Numbered from the whole stretch's first letter, positions 38,876 to 52,552 are shown. The stretch is 64,000 nt of DNA, filler included, from Dimargaris cristalligena (GCA_003614675.1; 11 parts of 11 records of this genome joined end to end with filler, not necessarily neighbours in it); one strand, 5' to 3'. Translations and numbers: made by a program. Notes: generated from the sequence alone by a model not told the origin.

Positions 38876-39932
38876 ATTCCCTATGCTTGAGGTGAGGAAT
38901 AGGGCGTTGGCGGAGGGAGAAAACAGACCAGTAGAAAGAATGGGGAGTGGAGTTGGCTGAGAAGATACAGAGCGGGGGCAATTGGCATAGATGGGTAGTT
39001 ACAAATTGGAGGAAAGTGTAGGCCCAATAATACTCTAACACCAATATAATAATATTGGGAAAAAAAGTAAATACAACTAATGGAATGGGCTTACGTTTGA
39101 AATGTAGGCTTGTTTGGGTAAATGGTGGTAATAGTGGCATACCATAGCATAGTATTCTATTGGTTTCCACTGTTATGCACCAGGGGTAGCGGAGCAGCAC
39201 TGGACTTAGTTCAGCCATTGCGGTAATCGGAATGATTGAGGGGCTACCAATTCAATATATAAAAACAAGGTTTCGGGTGGACAAATTTCGAGCATCATCC
39301 GATAAAAATAGACACCTTCTCCATACGATTTATTGGTTAATACGGGTACCAAAAGTTAAAGTCGGAGTTTAAAAACCCGAAAATACATACATTTGTGATT
39401 TACATGGCATACAGGAAAGTCTTTGGTAGTCAAGGGTAAGGGGGTATAGCTGGCTACAGTGGTCTGCTTAAAGGAAAGGAATAAAGTTTAGCACAATAAA
39501 AAAACATTTGTAAGTTAATTTAGTATTGCAAAATGGTCTATTTTGGTGGTATTCCTACTCATAGTCCAAAAGGGTGGAATGTCTGAGTTAACCCATTAAA
39601 ACAAACCTTTCTGTTAAACATGGGTTTCAGTTACTTGGAGATGAGTCTTTATTAGTATTACACACTATCAAAGCCATGCCACACAATGTTATTCATCCAG
39701 GCATGAACCTGAATAAGCCCTTATTGTGTTAATAACTGGGCTTAATCTTTACCTTATGGATGCCATATACATTCATATCAGCTTTATCAATTGGCCTAGA
39801 TAATGGTGTGCTTCTCCTTACTTGCCACTCTAATTTTTATTACTGACATTTCTATTAATTGCATTAGTATAAGCTCAAATGATTACTTAACTCAATATAT
39901 ACAATATATATATATATTATCTATAGCCTCTT

Positions 39933-40515
39933 TGTTACACAGGTTAACCACTCTTAGTTTGTCAAGAGTCCCAAGGATACGCTTCTAACAGTAGATGGGG
40001 CTCAGGCTTAGCTAAGCAGGTTACTAGCATTAGGTAGGGGTATAGTACTAACTAATAAAGGCTATAAATACAGGTATAGGCAAGGGATGTACAGTAAGCA
40101 CACTTACTAGTTAATACAAGGGTGGGGAGTGTATATAGGGTTTATTAGGGAAAACCAGGGGGTAAGAATAAGCTAAAGAATCTAACTAGTCCTAATGGGG
40201 CCTAGTTATATATACATGGTAGGCAACTCTAGAGGGGGGCCCTGGGGGAAGGATACTACTAAGACTAAGGTATAGGTAAATAGGCCAACTAGATGGATAT
40301 TAGGGCATGGAAGGCTCTAATGGTAACTGGAAGAGTTTTTGGATTAGTACTTGAGTAATTAGTATAAAGAGGCAGAGTCTGGAAGGGGGAAGGTTATATA
40401 ATATAGGATGATCCCACAGTCACCCCTGGTACTATAGGAAGGTTAACATGGTGCTATTAGGCCTAATAGGGACATGCTAATGTGTCTGAATTAAGGCAGA
40501 TTAGATGGTCCAACA
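39933..40515 (-). mobile_element. LTR family A, full-length solo LTR (~583 bp)
   Basis: Bounded on the + strand by TGTTACACAGGTTAACC and GATTAGATGGTCCAACA, i.e. TG...CA termini. Colinear with 62468-63048. No clear target-site duplication. Confidence 0.88.
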
Positions 40516-40597
40516 GATTCTTTATCTCAAAAGTAACTTATCCCTTTAACTAAGGGGATGCTGCTAGGGTATATATAATAAATCAACTGAAATAAAT

Positions 40598-40907
40598 TGT
40601 CACCCGAGTTAACCACTCTTAGTCCGTCAAGAGTCTCGGGGATAGGCTTCCAACAGTAGGCGGGGCGTTGGACATGGCCAAGCGGGCTACTAATGTTAGG
40701 GGCAGTGACAAGACTAACCGAATGAAGCAAGCGTAGAACATAGGCAAGGTCCGTGTACTAGATGCACACTTACTGGTCAGTACTAGGGGGTGAGTGTATA
40801 TAGAGTTTATTGAGGTAAACTATGGGGGTAAGAATAAGCTAAGGTACTAACTGGTCCCAAAGGAGAGCCCGGTTATATATACGCTGGGATGACTCCAAAG
40901 GGGAGGT
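40598..40907 (-). mobile_element. LTR family A, partial and least-mutated copy, at contig end
   Basis: TGTCACCCGAGTTAACCACTCTTAGTCCGTCAAGAGTCTCGGG retains CpG sites that are lost in the other copies. Confidence 0.88.
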
Positions 40908-41007
40908 NNNNNNNNNNNNNNNNNNNNNNNNNNNNNNNNNNNNNNNNNNNNTTAATTAATTAANNNNNNNNNNNNNNNNNNNNNNNNNNNNNNNNNNNNN
41001 NNNNNNN

Positions 41008-44000
41008 CACCCCCACTGCCACCACTACCGTTGTAGCTAGAATTTGACCGCTGAAACGGGGCCGCTTTCTTCGTCATAAGCTGACTGGAGCTCGAGGACC
41101 GCAGCAAGTCGCGGTAGGACCGATCACCCGCCCGGCTATTCCCGGAGAAGTGGCGAGGGCGGTCGGTCGTCTGGCTGGCGGATGGTTTCTCGGACTCGGG
41201 AGGGTACGACGACATGAAATACGACGATAGCGTCGAAAACAGGGATCCATCCGCTTCCTCGTCAGTGGACTGGTTCGGCCCATTTTCCCGACCCGCCAGC
41301 TGGTCGGCCTTGTCCAGGTAAATTTGACTGTATTCCCCGGAGCGGAATAGGTCATCGGTAGTGGGGTCAGGAAAATAGGCTAAGCCATCGCTGGAGTGGA
41401 GGGTCACGGGCAAATGGGTCGGGTACAGTCGATCCGGTAGAGCCGCCCAGCGGACCCGGAGACGGTCTTCGGCCATGATGGCCGCGGAGGGTTCAAAATG
41501 AAACGAGGGACGCCGGCTATTCGCCAGAGGGCTCAGTGCAAGTGAGCGTGGGGTAAGCCCAGTAGCAGGAGGGGAGCATGCACCGGCATTGGGACTAGGG
41601 CTGCGGGATGCGACAGGGATATCCAGGGTCAGAGTACCCGAGGGGTGCAAGGTAAAGAACGTGCCTTCGAGAAGATCGGCGCAGGCCAAACTGAGGACCG
41701 TACGCCAAATGAGGGTCCAGCCGGCGGTGATGTACTGGGGGACCCAGCGGGCTAGTCCCAACATGAAAATCAGAGCTACTTGACCTCGGTAATCCCGACC
41801 TAGCTGGAGGGACAGGTCGGTCAATACCAGGGTGGAGGGTTCCGCGGACAGCTGGTCAGCCGAGGAAACCCACGGATCCGACGTAGAAGGTGGGCGCTTA
41901 GGGGTTTTGGCCAGTGCCTCCGGAGACGGGTCCGCAGAGGGGTTCGCAATCACCACTGGTTGGAGTAGATTGGTTTGGGAATAGTCCTCCAATACACCCG
42001 CAATGGTGCACAAATGGCTGACGAGTTCTTCGATACAACCGGGCACTTGGTATTGGACGGCAAGCTGGGCACAGAGATAAAGACCGGTGAGGGCTGACCG
42101 CAGCATCTCGTCATCGGAGCATTTCAATAGCACCTGGGAAAAATTCATAAGCAGCCGGCGGTAGCTGAGCGCAAAGAGTAACCCGTCGAGTGTGGTAGGT
42201 CGAAGTGTAGCCAACAGCTCCCCACTGGACGAGCTCACCGAGTCTAGCTCTGACCGACCGGGGGTATGAAGGCCCTCCCAGACCTCGTCAAAGCGATCTA
42301 CCCGATCGTGCTCTTCGGGGATAATAATTTCCTTGCGCCGAATGCCATCGAAAACGGCCTCCAGATACTCCGACGAGAAGTTCTGCCCAGCGTTGACGCC
42401 CCGCAGGTTGCGGCAAAAGTCGTCCAGTTTCATGCGCGTTTTAACTTGGGGACTATGTTGGTCGGTATTAAGCATGATCGATGCGTAGGAGAGGACAAAC
42501 GCCGCATCGGGGTTAGCTACTTCCGGAGTGGGCCCACTACCGTCTTCGGAAACAAGCTGACTGTCTCCCTCTAGCTGAGACTGGCAGTAACGTTCGGCAA
42601 AGGTTTCCACCACCCGTTCAATCTGCTGGGATTCACCGGGGATACGGAACTGGGTCAGGAGGATTCGAAGCGCTTCGTCCAGTCGCAGACCTTGGAAATC
42701 AAATAAGTTGATGTAGGCCCGGAGGACGGGCAAATGTTTGGGCCGTGATAGATAGTCACCCAGCAGGGCCTTGTTCAGGGAGGGTGTGTGGCGAAGGAAC
42801 AGGGCTAATCGTAACACCTGGGCCTCGTCTAAGTTCTCCGGAGCAAACGTGGGCGGGTCGGAGCCTTCGGACGAGGGAGGATCTTTCGAGTTTGACGGGG
42901 GAAGGAACCCCACTTCCGCAAGAAAACGGATACCCTGTTTGGGGTTGTGGTTAAACAACGCCGCTGCAAAAAGGAGTGTAGTCTTTTGGGTCTGGGCACC
43001 CAGCAACTGCTCCAATGCCATTGCTTCACCTTCGGGGAGCGGATACGGGTGGGGCTGGCGGGGATCGGCCGGAAGCGTACCGTCAGGGGAAGTAGTGGAA
43101 GGCGGGTGGAGTAGCGCCACGAGTGACGTCCAAGAATCCGGCTGATTGGGTGCGTTGGCTTCAGCACGGGCCACCATGGCCTGCAATATGGCCGTTAGTT
43201 TTTGGGTACACACCTGGCTTTCCTCGCGGAAAGCAGCATTCCACTGGTCCGGATTGGCCGAGTATATTTGTAACAGATGGGCACTTTGTTTTTGGAACGC
43301 GTACACTGGGGCCGGGGGCTGTGTACCAGCCCAGGATGGGGGAGATGGCATTGTTGCCGAGGTTTCGGGAACGAGTCGGCCCTTTTCGGGGGCTGGAGAA
43401 AGGGAGTCTGGTGGAGGAGCCTTTCTCAGCGAACGCATTAGATCGACCTCGATATGGGGCAACGAATGCTGACAAAGGAACGACAGGTACATTTCCCACA
43501 GATTGCCCGTATACAGGTCCGAGTCAAAAAGAACCCATAGGTCACTAATGATAGCCGGATCCTCCGTAATGTTGGTCAACTGGTCGAGAGCGCGGCAAAA
43601 TAGGAGACGGTGCTGTGGGGTAGGTAGGGGGCGTACCCGCTGAAGGACCACAGACGGGAAGTGATTACCAGCCAGCGAATAGCGAAAGTGTGGGATAACA
43701 TCGCGCTGGCGTTTCAAAAGAGGAGCCAGCTGGCCTTCGAATAGCTCGTTCAGCTGAGTGGCTTCCACGGCGAGGTTGGGGAGACTGGTGTTCCCCAGCT
43801 GAGTATCTAGTGCGGGATGGGACAGTCGGGCTAGAAACAGCGCGAAGAACGTTTGGAAATATTCCTTGTGAATCCGGCGGAACTGTGGCAAAATGTTGGT
43901 GACCAGTCTAAGAGCGGTGGCCATTAGGGGCAGGAAATCGGTCTCCGCAATTTGGTACAAATATTTTAGAAGATCGTTGGCGATCTGGGTCTGGAAGCTG

Positions 44001-45448
44001 GGGTGATCTAGAATAGCCGGGCCGTTGGTTTCGAAGGCCTGGTTCAGGGCATTAAGAGCAATTAAACGCATGGTATCGGTATACTGTAGATCATGGGGGT
44101 TCAAGACGGCACCCAAAACCCGGAAGAGTTCTAGCAGGGCCGGTAAGCCGTAGCCGGAGTAACGCAATTGGATCCACGCTTCGCTGGAGGCAGCGGAGGG
44201 AACTGAGGTCATGGGCTCCCCGGAGATAAGCGGACTGGCCGAGATAGCGGGGGATTTGCGAGCGACTGAATGGGGACCCTCCTGAGGATTAATGCGTCTA
44301 GTGAGGGTACTGTTACGCCTAGCCATAGGAGTAGTTGATGATGACGGGTCGCTCGAGGTCGACGGGGATTCACCCCTGGAAGAAGGCAGGGCTAGATCAC
44401 CGGCCCCCGCATCCACAATAAGACGGGGTAACTCGCCAAACAGCAAACGCACCCAGGCCAAGAGAAAGGTTTCGGACGTCGATCGGAGGAGTGGATTAAT
44501 TCGGGTTTGGCAACTCAGGCTGATGGTGGTTTCCAGCATTTCACAGACGACATCATTGGTCAATAAAAAGCCGCCAGGTCGGTTCAGGACGGCGTTCATG
44601 ACTTCCAGAATCTTGATCAAGACCTGCTCGTCCGTAGCGGGATTGGAGGCTTCAAAGCGGCACTGGGAGGCGGCCGATGCAACTACCACCAGAATTTGCT
44701 GGTAGTCGGACAAGGGGCCCACGGCAGTAGCCGCTTCGGGTGGGAGGGGGTGATTTAGTCCAACGGGTACGGGTAGCTGCAGAGCACTCAGCGCCCGGCC
44801 ATTCACCTGAAGCATGGATTCGAGGTGACCATTCTTGACAATCCTTTCGAGGGACTGTAGCGTAGCCAGGATAATCAGACCAGCGGCCCCGGCTCGCAAC
44901 AGCATAATCCAGGGAAAAATCACCGCCATGGGTACCGTTGCTAAACTGGCGGGGCTCTCGTGCAGCACCGTGAGAAGGGTCTGGAGGGCGGTTACCATCG
45001 CATTTCGAGCTGAGATGTTTTCGAGACCAATGGCCGTGCCGGCGAGCAACACGCGGTGGTAAATGGGGAGCGAATAACCGCCATCCGCCGGGAGTGCAGC
45101 CTCGGACCCGGCACAGAGCCGATCGTATGCTGCTTGCAAATTCCGGATGGCCGTGGAGGGACGGGGGGGTGCTGGTTCCGCCTGAGTATGATGGGCCTGG
45201 GCCGCTTGGGGACCGGTGGCTTCGATGGAGCGCACAGATGAAGACCTTTCCATACGTTCCGAGGCGGGGCCGAAAGAGCTCATGCCCAATTGGACCCCCA
45301 GTTTGCCAAACGGCAACTCGGGGACCGAATACCTCCAATCGGGGCTCTTTTTCAGCACATTGAGCAGGCCGTAGATTTCATTGGCAAGGAAGCTGCAGTT
45401 GATGGGCATAGTAGGGGCCAGGGGCATAGGTGCAGAGAAGTACTTCAA
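41008..45448 (-). CDS. GBF1: Sec7-domain Arf guanine-nucleotide exchange factor, GBF1/Gea1-Gea2 family; 3' truncated
   Basis: Sec7 domain: FNHNPKQGI, LGDYL, LDEALRILL, FRIPGESQQIERV (glutamate finger), YASIMLNTDQHSPQVK, NLRGVN. GBF1-type N-terminal motifs: NEIYGLLNVLKK, CRFEASNPATDEQVLIKIL. The exact start Met is uncertain. Confidence 0.9.
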
Positions 45449-46214
45449 ATAGGCGATGTTGAATGGGGAGGAGGTGAAGTAAAGGGCGGGGGATGGAGGG
45501 GTCGGTGTTCAAATACAAGGGTCTTTGGAAAGGATGAACATACGGTAAAGTAAAGAAGAGCAATCAACACTTAATAGTGGGATGTCTGCTTAGACAATGG
45601 CTGACCTGGAGAAGACAGCAAGTCGAAGAGCAGGGACAGGGGGTCGACGTTTTGGTGTGGAGAACAGGCATAGTCAGCATGGTGGCAGATTTTCCCCGGT
45701 TGGGAGCGTCCCTATTATTTCAAGCCAGGGCAGGGCCGCTTCCGTTATGCACAGACCTTCGTAGTATACTGGGTAGACCCAATGCCAATATAATGTGACC
45801 CTCTCCTGTCCCAGTCGACTCTATCAGCCCCCCTCTCGCATAGCTTTTCTGGCCATTTGGCTTTGAGTTATATATAAGTATTTTTACCATATATACCATT
45901 TAAAATTGGGTACAATTGGGTTGAATCTTGCAAATATGGACGCATCCATGCTTACCAGTATCTAATGAGAACACATGTTAAATACATTAGGCAGGGTGGT
46001 AGAACTCTATCTTCAGTTCACTTGGTCCTTGCTCAACTTTTGTTCCACTTACATAAACATAATGGGCCTTAATGAGTGATTCAAAGGAAACCAACGGGCT
46101 ATAACAACTGCATGTTCACTCTACTCTGTACTGCACCAGTTGGTAAACAATCTCGTAACACTTGGCGGTACCATGACATCATACAATTTTACAAAGCTAT
46201 TCTGCTTTACCAGC

Positions 46215-46415
46215 ATTGACGTTAGTAATGCCACGACCATATTACTGCACAGGTAGTTTTCCACTACAGAGATCTTAACCCAGATAATATTGTTATGCAA
46301 CACAATGGATCTGCTTGCATGGTTGATTCAGAGTTGCGGGCTTTTATCCATTAGACTTGTGTGATGGTCCATCAACTGCTACATCATCTAAACAACCCCC
46401 ACCTACATTCCTATA
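46215..46415 (+). pseudogene. Degenerate protein kinase fragment
   Basis: Hand translation gives IDVSNA...LH, then in another frame YRDLNPDNIVMQHNGSACMVDSEL. This resembles the HRDLKPxN...DFG region but is frameshifted with surrounding stops. Confidence 0.45.
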
Positions 46416-46683
46416 CAATTGATTAAAGTCATTACAATTTGGATATGGCAGTACTAATGAGATACCTCTAGAGTAACAATCCTACACAATAGAATTATGG
46501 AGGGTAAGTCAATATATTTGAAGTGGTAAGCCAGAACTGTATGGCGGAAATTTCACAACTAGGCAGGGCATAATAGGCAGCTGATAAAGGGGGGTGGGGG
46601 AACCGATGAAGTGTGGTAGTCATAAACTGGGAGTGGGGATCAGAGCCATGCCCCATCCCTTAGCTCCATGATCTGAACTCCCT

Positions 46684-46738
46684 TGTAAAGAACTGAAATC
46701 AAATCCTTGAAAACTGAACTTTATTTGAAAAGATAGAT
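46684..46738 (-). repeat. Terminus of young repeat family C, second copy
   Basis: Exact reverse complement of 29338-29392, at a contig end. Confidence 0.85.
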
Positions 46739-46838
46739 NNNNNNNNNNNNNNNNNNNNNNNNNNNNNNNNNNNNNNNNNNNNTTAATTAATTAANNNNNN
46801 NNNNNNNNNNNNNNNNNNNNNNNNNNNNNNNNNNNNNN

Positions 46839-46893
46839 GCAGAGCGTCTGCCTAGTAAGCAGAAGGTCTTCAGTTCGATTCTGGAAATAGGCA
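46839..46893 (+). tRNA. tRNA-Thr(AGT), 5' end cut off by contig start
   Basis: Anticodon arm TCTGC-CT AGT AA-GCAGA, variable region AGGTC, T-arm TTCAG-TTCGATT-CTGGA, 3' acceptor strand AATAGGC + A, then an oligo-T Pol III terminator. Confidence 0.92.
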
Positions 46894-48160
46894 ATCCTTT
46901 TTTGGGAATTTTTATTAACTGAATCTATTTTGCTATCTAATGTACTACATTTTTATATAATTTGTCTATGATATTTTTTATATATAATCAGACGGTTAGC
47001 TATCATACGAAACATTGAGATGGACAAAAAAAAAACTGCCCGTATCTAATTTTACAACGCCCTCAAGGGCACCAAATAGTACCCGGCTGATACCTCCCTC
47101 AACACTGCGGGCATTGTGCCCACCATTAAGGAGTTCGTCGCGGTGGGTGGTGGTCAAGAGATTATGCAGGTCGTCGCCATATCCTAACGCCTGGGTAAAT
47201 GCGAGTGACGTTTCCTCCACAAGATCCACAAATATAAGGTCAATCGCGTGCGGGGACACTTCGGTCCCAGTAATACCATTGCCTTGCTCCTCAGTCCATT
47301 TCTTTTGGTACCTCTGGTTTGTAACCACATCACCTGGGGCCCATTCCTCGGTGCCTTTGGTTTGGCCTCTCTACGTGTACATTTCTTTATGGGTATATCT
47401 AGGAACTAAATACAGTTTATTAATGGTCGATATAAAAGGACAACCAGTGCGATAGAGACGGGTCGGATCAATTCTTTTAAAAAAAATGCCCAAAACAATG
47501 TATGCAAGAAATTCCGACCCGCGGTATCCAATTCTGGGTGGCAGGTAAGTGAGAAAACGGATGGAGTATGCAAGTTTGAAATGAAAGTCCCAGCTCCGCT
47601 CTACTTGTGAATACTAACATTGTACTAGGGGTGTCTTTGTATCATTAAACAGCATTCTTAGCAATCTCTGTAGCCTGCATTGTAAGATGCCGTACCAACC
47701 GCACCAATCCTACAGTGGATTTTCCCAAAGTACTAAGTACCAATAGAGACGTCTCATAATCATTTATAAAAATAATATATAGATAAGCTCAGTGGACAAA
47801 ATGAATGAAATGAATTGAAAGGGGGATGATATATAGATGTATATATATAGAGAATCCCTGTTTTGGAATTTAGAGATAAAAAGATATGAAAAAGCGGGGG
47901 AGTATGCATCAGTGGACCATAGTAAAGAAGTATGCCGACGGCTTAATAAACCAAATAATGAAGATCAGCCGATCCAATCGACTAAGACATTGCATAAAAG
48001 GCAATGCGTGATCTCCCCTGTTTCCATCAAGAATTGACTTAGCCGACCGGAAAATAGGCATGCTATTGTATACTGGATCATAGGCCGGTTCTTATACTAT
48101 CTTATCCACCTGAGAAAGGCCCAATTAGCCAGGCATTACACGGTTCGAGACCTCCCCATT

Positions 48161-49963
48161 TTAGTCCTCCAGGAAGAAGTAGTTCCCGGCCACCTTCTGC
48201 TCCTTGTCTTTAAGCGAATCCAGCTTGTTGATACGGGGCCGGAAGTTGGTGGGATCACGGCGGAAGGTAATCTCCAACGAGGCCAGGAACTTGTTCATAC
48301 CAGTGAGTAGGGACTGGGGGGAGTTGGCGGTTGCTTCCACGGACGGGGTACCGTCATAGACGACCACACGGTCGGCCAGATAAGTGGCCATGATGAAATC
48401 GTGCTCGACAATGAAGGCGGTCTTCTTGGCGTGCAGGATGAACCGCTTGATGACCTTGGCGGCCACAATACGCTGCTCGGAGTCCAGGTAGGCACTAGGC
48501 TCATCAATCAGGTAAATCTCGGCGGGCCGACCCAGGGCCAGGGTAATGGCCACGCGCTGCAATTCACCCCCGGACAGGTTCTGAACCTCGAGATCCAGGA
48601 GTTCTTCGATCCGCAGAGGCTTCAGCACATCCGTCTGGAACTGCGGGTGCATGAACATACCCTTGATTTTCTTCAACAAGAGCATACGCACGGTACCCTT
48701 GAACTGAGGGCTGATCTTCTGGGGCTTGTAGCTGACGCTTAGCTCGGGGACCTGCTGGTCGCCGTCGGCCTTGAGTAGACCGGCCAACAGACGGATGAAA
48801 GTGGTCTTACCCGTGCCGTTCTGACCCAACATCACGATGATTTCAGAGTCTGTGAAGGAACCTTCCTTGACATGCAGGGTAAAGTCGCCCAGAGTCTTGG
48901 TCATATTCGGGTAGCGGTACATGCGGTTGCGATCACCGTCGTCACGGTCCTCAGCGTTCTCAGCCAGACGGAAGGTCAGGGATTCGTCACGGAACCGCAG
49001 GTTTTCAGTGGGGATTAGACCATCGAGGAAAATATTGATACCTTCCCGGACACTGAAGGGCATCGTCACGACACCGTAGATGGACGGCCGGCCGTAGAGC
49101 ACGCAGATAAAATCGGATAGGTAATCCAGGACACTCAAATCGTGCTCGACCACAATGACGTAGCAGCTGGGGCCCAGCAGGGAGCGAATCACTCGGGCGG
49201 CATTCAAACGTTGCTTAACATCGAGGTAGGACGATGGTTCATCGAACATGTAAATGTCGGCCCGCTGGATGCAGGTGGCAGCAATAGCGAAACGCTGCAG
49301 TTCTCCCCCGGATAGTTGACTGACCTGGCGGGTAAGCACGTCCTGGAGGTCCAGCATCCTAATGAGGGTTTCCTGATTGTTAAGTTCGGAGCGGGAGCTG
49401 AGCAGCTCACCCACTTGACCATTCACGGACTTGGGCATGGCATCGACCCATTGGGGTTTAATGATGGCCTTGAGGTCGTCCTCCAGGATACGGGTGAAGT
49501 AGTTTTGCAGTTCGTTGCCCCGGAAATGACGCAGAATGTCCTGCCAGTCCGGAGGGTCGTCGTAGCGGCCCAGGTTGGGCTTGAGCTTACCGGACAGGAT
49601 CTTCAGGGCGGTGGATTTACCAATACCGTTGGTACCGACCAAACCCAGCACCTGACCGGGCCGAGGCACGGGAAGCCGGTGGAGCTTGAAGGAGTTGGCG
49701 GTGTACCGGTGAGTGGTGTCCTTTTCCAGATTGGTGGGCAGATTGATGATCTGGATGGCTTCGAAGGGGCATTTCTTGACGCAAATACCGCAACCGATGC
49801 ACAGCTCTTCGGAAATGAAGGAGATCTTGCTGGTAGGCAGAACTTCAATACACAGCTTGCCCATCCGATTCACCGGACAGCCGCGCTTGCATTCCTGTCG
49901 GCATTTCTTGGGTTTACAGCGATCGGCGTTGACGATGGCGATACGGGTGAGTTTATCAGACAT
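48161..49963 (-). CDS. RLI1: ABCE1/Rli1 ribosome-recycling Fe-S ATPase, 600 aa
   Basis: Fe-S domain [30 protein letters not shown]...[12 protein letters not shown]. Two NBDs ([26 protein letters not shown] twice) and the [14 protein letters not shown] tail. The true start is the ATG at 49963; the longer called ORF runs into a probable 5' UTR intron. Confidence 0.98.
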   Translation of the reverse strand: MSDKLTRIAIVNADRCKPKKCRQECKRGCPVNRMGKLCIEVLPTSKISFISEELCIGCGICVKKCPFEAIQIINLPTNLEKDTTHRYTANSFKLHRLPVPRPGQVLGLVGTNGIGKSTALKILSGKLKPNLGRYDDPPDWQDILRHFRGNELQNYFTRILEDDLKAIIKPQWVDAMPKSVNGQVGELLSSRSELNNQETLIRMLDLQDVLTRQVSQLSGGELQRFAIAATCIQRADIYMFDEPSSYLDVKQRLNAARVIRSLLGPSCYVIVVEHDLSVLDYLSDFICVLYGRPSIYGVVTMPFSVREGINIFLDGLIPTENLRFRDESLTFRLAENAEDRDDGDRNRMYRYPNMTKTLGDFTLHVKEGSFTDSEIIVMLGQNGTGKTTFIRLLAGLLKADGDQQVPELSVSYKPQKISPQFKGTVRMLLLKKIKGMFMHPQFQTDVLKPLRIEELLDLEVQNLSGGELQRVAITLALGRPAEIYLIDEPSAYLDSEQRIVAAKVIKRFILHAKKTAFIVEHDFIMATYLADRVVVYDGTPSVEATANSPQSLLTGMNKFLASLEITFRRDPTNFRPRINKLDSLKDKEQKVAGNYFFLED

Positions 49964-51820
49964 GGTGAAAGAGGGGTCAACAAGGAAATGGCCAAGAACA
50001 AGGCGGACCGGTTGATTTTCCTGGGAGAAAAAAAAATAGATATTAAAAAGAAGAAAAGGGGGATGGGGGAAAAGAAAAGAGGGGAGATTGGCGGTAGATG
50101 GCAACAAGCACAGCTAGTCAACAGACATGGAACCACAGGCCTAAATGAGAAGAGACCCAAGTGGATCTGCAGAGTAGGATTTTGAAAAGGGAACGTGGTG
50201 CGATTTACTAGGCGGACTTGGGTTTTTTTTACGTCTGGATATACCACGCCCTGCGAGTGGTTGGTTATAAAAGGCCCGAAAAAAGGCTGCTGCAATTAGG
50301 CGCGCCCGCATTGGACCAATTGTGGCTGCTGTGCATGCTACACTCTAAAGCCCTTCTCCCCTCTATAAAGAATTGGAAGAGCTGCAATCACTGGGTCTTG
50401 TGGCCGTCTGTGTTCGAGTTTTCGCCATTGTACGGGGGTCGTTCATATCGGGAGGCCAAGATCTATATAATACCAAGAAAGGTGAACCCTTGTACGCTTT
50501 TCTAGCTACAATTTCCTCTGGCCAGCCATTTGTTAAAATAGCGATCATTTTTCACAATCGGGTCTACCTAGTTGAGCCGGCTCTAGCCTAATTTCTCCTT
50601 GGTACTTCGGGCACAACTCCACACCGCCGGGCCAACCTCTTGCTTGTTTTTAAAGATGGATTTAGACATGGAGACGCAGTACGAACGTCTTATAATGGAA
50701 TAGTCAACTTTACATCATAGGCACCGTGATGCCCTTGTTACTGTAACTGTGGTTTCAAATGGGTTCCAAAGTACTCGTCGGTTAGCCACCCTTCATAATT
50801 GATTAAATCTGGGGTGGCCCATTTCAATTAATTACATTTGCTCTCAAGCGTGCCAATGGTAACTAAAGGTAAAAAGGCTAAGGATAAAAATAATGTCTAA
50901 TAATAATGTACAATAGATGCGGAAATCTTAAGGGACTCATAGTAGGAATGCGCCCTATGCTAGCCTAGGGCATTGGTTGTAGGTGAATATTCATTTAGAT
51001 CAAGACAGGACTATATCGACAATGCTCCATTGAACCGTTCCACACTAGCACACGTATATAGGGGAAATTTACCACCAGTCACTCGTTAGACTAATTCGTT
51101 TATACAAACTTATTATGTTAATAGAGGGGAAAGAAAAAATTTTCCGTAAAAATATTACTTTCCCCGAAGTAGAAAGGAAAAATTTTCTAGCGAAAATTTG
51201 TTTCTCTATCTTTCTCCTTCTTTTGTTCCTTCCTACCATCCGACCCTATTCGTTTATTCTATTTTTACGTTCAAAATTTGTCTCTGCCGTGTTCTTTACA
51301 CATGTGCACGACGACCTTTCGGTTATTATAGACCGTGGACTTGTCCATTGTGCGAAATAAGTATCGCCAATAAATAACAAAACGTCGACGGCATCTATTA
51401 ACGATAATACGGTGATGATGGTGAATGTTGCGGGATATCATGATTGCTGTTTTTCGGCGTGCACCGAAGATGCCCTTTTTATAAGAAGTAAATGTAGTTA
51501 CTGAAAGCAAGACACGATTATGGCGTGTTGCGGTGGGGCTGGGGTACCCCGGGGGAATGTAAGACAGTGATGACTCGAACTGCTGAGTAATAATTAAAGG
51601 GACGCGAAGGGACACGTCAGTAATTCTATGTGCGTTAGACAAGGGACGTAAAACGTCACAGTCGGGTTGAACCTCAACTATATAGCTATAATTTAATGTC
51701 CAACAGACGCAAACGCCTATGCAATCAGGTTCCCACTGCCCATCGCAGTAAATTACCATCCATAGACCAGAGCCTGTATGTCGGGTTTAATTCCATTTGG
51801 ATAAGGTCCTTTATAAAATG

Positions 51821-52552
51821 CTAGATAAGACATTGGGGAAAATACGTAAAAACCTTAGCAACTGCTAAATATTCCCGAGGATATCGTCGTAGATGTTTAA
51901 TAGCCACTCCACCCCACGGGCTACCCCAGGCCTCTAGCGTCAAGAGCTTAGCGTATTCCCAGTACTCGGGATAAAAACCACTATATTCCCAGTCCAGGAC
52001 GGCTTGGATGGCCAGAGTGGTTGGGTCTATAATGATGTTGCGGGGGAAGAGATCGTTGTGAGTAAAGACCACTTTATGGTTATTATCACCAAACATTCCC
52101 TGAAACAAAGGATAGGCGTCTGGTTCTTCAAAGACAACAGAGATCTCTTTACATAGACCATCATGGAAGCTAGCCAGTGAAACATACTTGTCGCTAACAG
52201 GGAATGAGTTTCCAACGATAGGACCGACCTCATTGTCAGGTGACACGTATGTTTGTAAACGATCCACGATATCGCGCATTTGCACACCTATAAGATCGAG
52301 TTCATCGCTGCTTAGAGATTCAAACACGGATTTGAGGGTAACCCCGGGCACGTGTTCCATCTCGATGATAAATCCATCGTCAGCTGATTCGTATGCTCGG
52401 ATGACCCGTGGGACTGGGACACCCACCGAGCGAGCCATATCCATCATTCGGACCTCATGACGTGTTACTCGGGAACCCTTCTTGATCACCACGCCGTCGT
52501 CGGATAATAGAACTGTCGCACCCGCCTGCTTGGCAAGTAAGATGGTATTATC
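51821..52552 (-). CDS. Aminoglycoside phosphotransferase/choline-kinase-like protein (APH family); first exon missing
   Basis: VPVPRV, MEHVPG, FTHNDLFPRNI (Brenner motif), VLDWEYSGFYPEYWEY. The frame stays open up to a TAG acceptor at 52553-52555. Confidence 0.88.
   Translation of the reverse strand, partial: DNTILLAKQAGATVLLSDDGVVIKKGSRVTRHEVRMMDMARSVGVPVPRVIRAYESADDGFIIEMEHVPGVTLKSVFESLSSDELDLIGVQMRDIVDRLQTYVSPDNEVGPIVGNSFPVSDKYVSLASFHDGLCKEISVVFEEPDAYPLFQGMFGDNNHKVVFTHNDLFPRNIIIDPTTLAIQAVLDWEYSGFYPEYWEYAKLLTLEAWGSPWGGVAIKHLRRYPREYLAVAKVFTYFPQCLI

Noticed and set aside
41074..45553. Numerous 60-290 aa ORFs overlapping GBF1 (and likewise RLI1, CENP-T and the NRPSs)
   Set aside because: They are antisense or alternate-frame shadows of GC-rich coding sequence and carry no independent motifs.
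49964..50107. 48-aa N-terminal extension of RLI1 in the ORF track
   Set aside because: It spans a pyrimidine-rich tract ending in CAG, typical of a 5' UTR intron. The conserved protein starts at [11 protein letters not shown].
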